A DNA stretch of 64,000 bases from a bacterium (GTDB lineage Bacteria; Electryoneota; JAOADG01): assembly GCA_963681965.1 (NCBI GenBank), contig OY820579.1, forward strand, positions 2,112,001-2,176,000, given 5' to 3'. Position 1 is the first letter of the stretch, and each line of letters starts with the position of its first letter. Under the pieces are notes generated by a model that saw nothing but the letters and a program-made list of their open reading frames with translations, did not search any database and was not told the DNA's origin. The position numbers and the translations under genes were made by a program. Positions 61,601 to 64,000 of this stretch are shown here, piece after piece.

Positions 61601-64000
61601 GTGTCAAATGGTTTTTTGAATCTCTCAATTACTACTTATCCCGATGTTGGTCTTGAAATCGGGAGCGACAGCGTCGGAGTGAACTATAGTAACCGATTTA
61701 CGATCGGTGCTTTAGGAGTGAGTGATACTATCGGAGGAGTAAACAATGTTTTTGGTATATCGACGAGTAACACAACTGGTTTGAATATACACGACATTGA
61801 TATTGCCAACTTGTTATCATATAGTTCACCTTCAACGTCGGTAGTTGGACTGAATTTGTGGAACTTCTCGGGAGTACCAACACCCAATGTCGTGAAGAAT
61901 AACCGAATCTATAATCTGACTTCTCACGCCCCAGCGTTTGGAGGTGTTAATGGAATCCGAATCTACAATCCCGATAGTCATCTATTCAAATTGTATAACA
62001 ATCTGATCTATGGTCTATATTGGAATGCACCGACAGCGGTAACAACATCTGTTTATTCGGTGACAGGTATCCATTCCTATTCTGGAAATATCGATATCGA
62101 TCACAATACAATTTTGCTCGATGATAATGGGATAACGAATTGCCAGAACTATTGTTCAGCAGTATTATACGATGACTTTGGAGTTGACTCGATCCGTAAC
62201 AACATCTTCGCCAATTACATCGGCAATGGCGACGGGTCGACGTATCATGTCGGGATTTATCGGAATTCAGGGGCACCGGCGGCATGGTGGTCGAATAATA
62301 ATTGCATCTACATTCCGAATTCGACGATCAAAGGGTATGTAGGTAATAGTAATGGGCTTTATTTCAATTCGCTAGCGAATTGGCAAGCAACGGCTGATAG
62401 TCCCGATGCCAATTCCGTCTATGGCGATCCGCAATTTGTAAGTACCACTGCGCCGATCGATCCCCATATCCGGCTCAATCAACCGAACTCGATCATCGAA
62501 CACGCGGGTATTCCGATCGCTTCGATCACAACTGATCTCGACGGTGAGACGCGGTTATCGCCTCCCGATATCGGAGCAGATGAAGGGCAGTTTTCGCAAC
62601 CGCTCGTTGTGACTTCTCCGAATGGCAGCGAAAACTGGGTCGTCGGTTATACTCACCCAATCACTTGGACGCCGACTGCCGCTCGCGTGAATAGTATCTG
62701 GTTGTCGACCAATAACGGCAGTAGTTGGAGTGCAATCGCACCGAATAGTATACAGGGCTACACGCAACCTTTTGCGTGGATTGTTCCCAACCTTCCTTCG
62801 TCGCAGTGTCGCATCCGAATCAATACCAACGATGGTCGGACAGACAGTAGTGATGTGGTATTCGCAATATTATCCGCTTCTGCTGTCGTATCGACGTCAC
62901 CACAACCAATCGATTTCGGAGATTGTCATGTGGGATCCGGAAAACTCGGTAATCTATACATTCGCAACAGCGGAACCGATACTTTACGAATTATCAGTTT
63001 CGATTTGCCATACACCGTGGTAGCGACTTGGTTGAATCGAAATATCGCTCCCGGCGACTCGGTGCTGAATCTCATTACTTGGACGGCTCAAGCATTGGGA
63101 ACCTGGCACGATACCTTGTACGTTCGATCCAATGCTTCGAATGGTACTCGCTACGCTGTTCCACTCACTGGATTTGGGCGCGGAGCAGTCGTCAGTACAC
63201 CAGACACTTTAGTGAGCTTTGGAACAGTACACACCGATAGTACAAAATCCGTGACCGTTCATCTGGTTAATTCGGGGAACGATTCGCTGTATTATTCCTT
63301 GGTGTATGGACCGCCCAATGTTACTTTTGTACCGACTTCGTTCGCAATCGGTGCCGGAAACACAGGTACCTTTGCGCTGCGCTGGACACCGCCTTGGAAC
63401 TACCCCATCAACGATTCGGTGGTTCTTACGACCACTGCGATCAATCAATCGCGCATAGTACTGAGATTGACCGGAACCGCTCGCGGTCAGATGTGCATAC
63501 TGGCTGTATCTGGGATAACATTCGACACCGTTGCAACGGGAGGTTCGCAAATTCGATCAATGTATATCCGCAATCCCGGAAACGACACCTTGCACATCAC
63601 CAATGCATCGATCGCGATCTCACCCGCGACGATCATTCCCAGTTGGACGACGCGGACAATTCTTCCGGGCGATTCAGCGCAACTCTCACTCACTTGGCAT
63701 CCGGTCGTTTCTGGTAACTTGTCCGATACTCTGATTGTAGTATCCGATGCCTTTAATCTCAAGCGGTGGGCATTGACCATCACGGGTGTAGCCGCGGGAA
63801 ATCCCGCGATTGCGGTGAGGAATACTACCATTACTTTTGGGTCGGTAGCGGTTGGATCTTCGGGTAGCCAGACAATATATGTGCGGAGTACCGGATCGAT
63901 TCCATTGGTAGTTTCGAACGTTACTGTTCCAACGAATGTCACAAAGAGTTGGACGACGCAGACGATCATTCCGGGCGATTCAGTGGCATTACTGCTAACC
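55655..64000 (+). CDS. Giant secreted protein (partial, at least 2782 codons): PPC-like, ~10 CARDB, SPNGGE Ig modules, beta-helix, HYDIN-like Ig
   Basis: GGAGG RBS, ATG 55655, MKTKLLVQLL signal peptide; FDTYL..NDD, PDL...E.NE.NN repeats; same frame at the window end. Confidence 0.88.
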   Translation, partial: MKTKLLVQLLTLIFIVISFTILTQEVSASCDPNNCTAYNWSWSDVAFEPVPWMSRSISTQIAAGENYKIMIPLNVLNTYNFNTCNSYTNFDTYLCMYDATCTLVAWNDDYCDAKSSLTYTPSSNTYYYPQFAGYSTYYGQFQVDYRITACPVLSPLDATWNTISSSISENGAVYLQLPAIASGSQYRLQLSMIQGGGTASYDTYLHLFTANGTQLAFNDDTPSSTASEIDYSGVSDSLNNGYVRVGGYSTNYGSFTLAYRVTPVSNIDLSPYDPGWGAPITFSNNPDNRSAPLVAGMPSYIAIAMRNNGTTDAGAYHVRVMVDGNQAFSTSETWLPAGYYVYYANNAYTFASAGQHTVRLEVDYQNEVVESNEANNVYETTVTANSPMPDLKPYTIGETSIPIHFTVNPDSWACAAQEPVPINCPLYIPYGVQNAGNAPTGPFSLRILIDGNVVHSDAYSGYPAGDACWCCPNNQITLTTLGTHIVRMELDYSNSVAEMREDNNVYIDTIQVVPQRYNIEQVGQIGWVDPLGESPAQFAVSHNRGTHVSNQIVVGDTAYFDDGLQNVGNMPFTTTIPFEVRLNGNLVYTSSIAPILYPNQIAMIEDIPLVATSSGSNQIIVRLLPTSVYNGATYVFWYNVTASYTRPDLSLYTPLNWSGSIVASGTQGIHTTGTSPIVVGQQAYLYYAFSNIGDASITTPFHCVLKIDGTAQSDITISPPFAMNQNQTVEIPYTFPTSGPHTIQVALDNTDAIWEYSNTNNVSSLPVTVQALPFIELVPFDIGWGAPLTVSNADGVTDNTIVSQSCSAYINIAFADTGNQDAGPFDVRVLVDGSPISIFHETSLVAGHYNTHRSIAYAFNTTGSHIVRMEVDYLNAVSEGNEQNNFFQYAVNVTGPLPDLAPNWWNYGSNPPLAVTYLTTDAFQTSVPVNRANYWTAYIKNFGSAAAPDIPCRVLVDGVTALNQTCNALNVGANGWVQGHDLIVSTLGYHTLTLIIDPDNTIPEACESNNTYVDQFLVVPQGVDLQSGWLDGWSGPIVVKHTRTTDHINQPIVPAETSFVDVWGYNQGNIPLSGSFSNRLLLDGNTVYTHSESYSGTDSLFPGALNPIIYSNIPVVIPTSGTHILRLELDYLHTISESVETNNYQEHEIVLPAQINRPDLTPFTPLHWSAPIVLSTRADSVVETNTYVVNQTYYLKWSFMNIGDTATTDTLFYTLRKDDAYSFITWYRPSSIAMNESYTYTGGYSFTFTSPGVHTIEMFLDTPNRIWETNEANNHVSVSFNVVNNLPDLTPATPSGNPNWRTPVWVRSTQEGVPICAGVPAYISFAYTNAGVHSTTDTLFYQVNIDGTVWSNWYSTTPFAPGEVRATPNYPRTFTTTGQHTIRLLLDPTNRIDELNESNNIYDTTIYVQSSQPDLISTIPNGWTSCFRINPHITYPSYSYGVEFDFAFKNAGSCDITTDSVEVRSEIDGVYAGSFYRRAPIARGDEVIASFDHALTTPGTHTIRITLDPSNHYPEFEETNNVYETSFTYTPPPITITSPNGGENWMEGEVHHITWSANPLIHHFRVLFRTSGTGAWVHLTDNLTDAYSYPWTIPDSASSTCSILVDNADDISQYDMTDSPFTVFPLLHVTTPNGGEFYQSGRLQVIAWMPDIPAVPSYSIDNGTNWIEIGSGLQSSPILWTLPTVNSSQCRIKVVINSGQYDLSDTTFTISPDPIHLISPNGGESWLVGSTQTIRWEADPNVHSFRVLWRPNSSAGWVHLSDGIAANSLDWTIPNNTTAQGMVLIDNADDISSYDMNDNPFTIYQPLTGTKTIGGTSPDYATFADASTALTVNGVGTGGVIFNVRPGIYSEMVTINPITNSSASNPVVFQKDPSYSGIVQISPAVTTTGQSGIKLCGCQYVTFDGISVIDTSTGTNGIANGVTTTNSSGTQGAQHNWIKNATIRLRISSGPNGVYQGYTTTTPTSPSGAQSDNHYINLKISKVSNGFLNLSITTYPDVGLEIGSDSVGVNYSNRFTIGALGVSDTIGGVNNVFGISTSNTTGLNIHDIDIANLLSYSSPSTSVVGLNLWNFSGVPTPNVVKNNRIYNLTSHAPAFGGVNGIRIYNPDSHLFKLYNNLIYGLYWNAPTAVTTSVYSVTGIHSYSGNIDIDHNTILLDDNGITNCQNYCSAVLYDDFGVDSIRNNIFANYIGNGDGSTYHVGIYRNSGAPAAWWSNNNCIYIPNSTIKGYVGNSNGLYFNSLANWQATADSPDANSVYGDPQFVSTTAPIDPHIRLNQPNSIIEHAGIPIASITTDLDGETRLSPPDIGADEGQFSQPLVVTSPNGSENWVVGYTHPITWTPTAARVNSIWLSTNNGSSWSAIAPNSIQGYTQPFAWIVPNLPSSQCRIRINTNDGRTDSSDVVFAILSASAVVSTSPQPIDFGDCHVGSGKLGNLYIRNSGTDTLRIISFDLPYTVVATWLNRNIAPGDSVLNLITWTAQALGTWHDTLYVRSNASNGTRYAVPLTGFGRGAVVSTPDTLVSFGTVHTDSTKSVTVHLVNSGNDSLYYSLVYGPPNVTFVPTSFAIGAGNTGTFALRWTPPWNYPINDSVVLTTTAINQSRIVLRLTGTARGQMCILAVSGITFDTVATGGSQIRSMYIRNPGNDTLHITNASIAISPATIIPSWTTRTILPGDSAQLSLTWHPVVSGNLSDTLIVVSDAFNLKRWALTITGVAAGNPAIAVRNTTITFGSVAVGSSGSQTIYVRSTGSIPLVVSNVTVPTNVTKSWTTQTIIPGDSVALLLT

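Noticed and set aside
55655-64000. Many short ORFs listed in the track
   Set aside because: Shadow frames of the single giant plus-strand ORF; the same applies to short ORFs overlapping core genes

Overview
Bacterial chromosomal window, most likely from an FCB-superphylum lineage (lpxC-fabZ fusion, T9SS-type 'YPNPFN' C-terminal domains). Bases 1-22 kb are core genes on the minus strand (dxr, lipoate ligase, lpxA, lpxC-fabZ, lpxD, skp, bamA, uppS, mtnA, argS, rsfS, panC, an M16 protease pair), plus an AT-rich DUF4393/Abi-alpha gene split by an IS3. A ~21 kb island is integrated at tRNA-Arg(ACG), bounded by a 59-bp direct repeat (22059-22117 = 42961-43019). It carries two paralogous tyrosine integrases, an XRE regulator, an AEP primase-helicase, three IS elements, secreted CTD proteins (one zinc peptidase split by an IS3) and a two-gene QueC/QatC-like module. 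That module is the best candidate for an undescribed system: it has an N-terminal-Gly partner, a fused putative DNA-binding domain, and tandem GCTAC-N7-GTAGC palindromes directly downstream. A decayed second att/integrase remnant follows the island, then two giant repeat surface proteins: 2675 aa with 20 BACON-like repeats, and a CARDB-rich ORF of at least 2782 codons that is absent from the ORF track and runs off the window end. All family assignments come from motif recognition by eye, not database searches.
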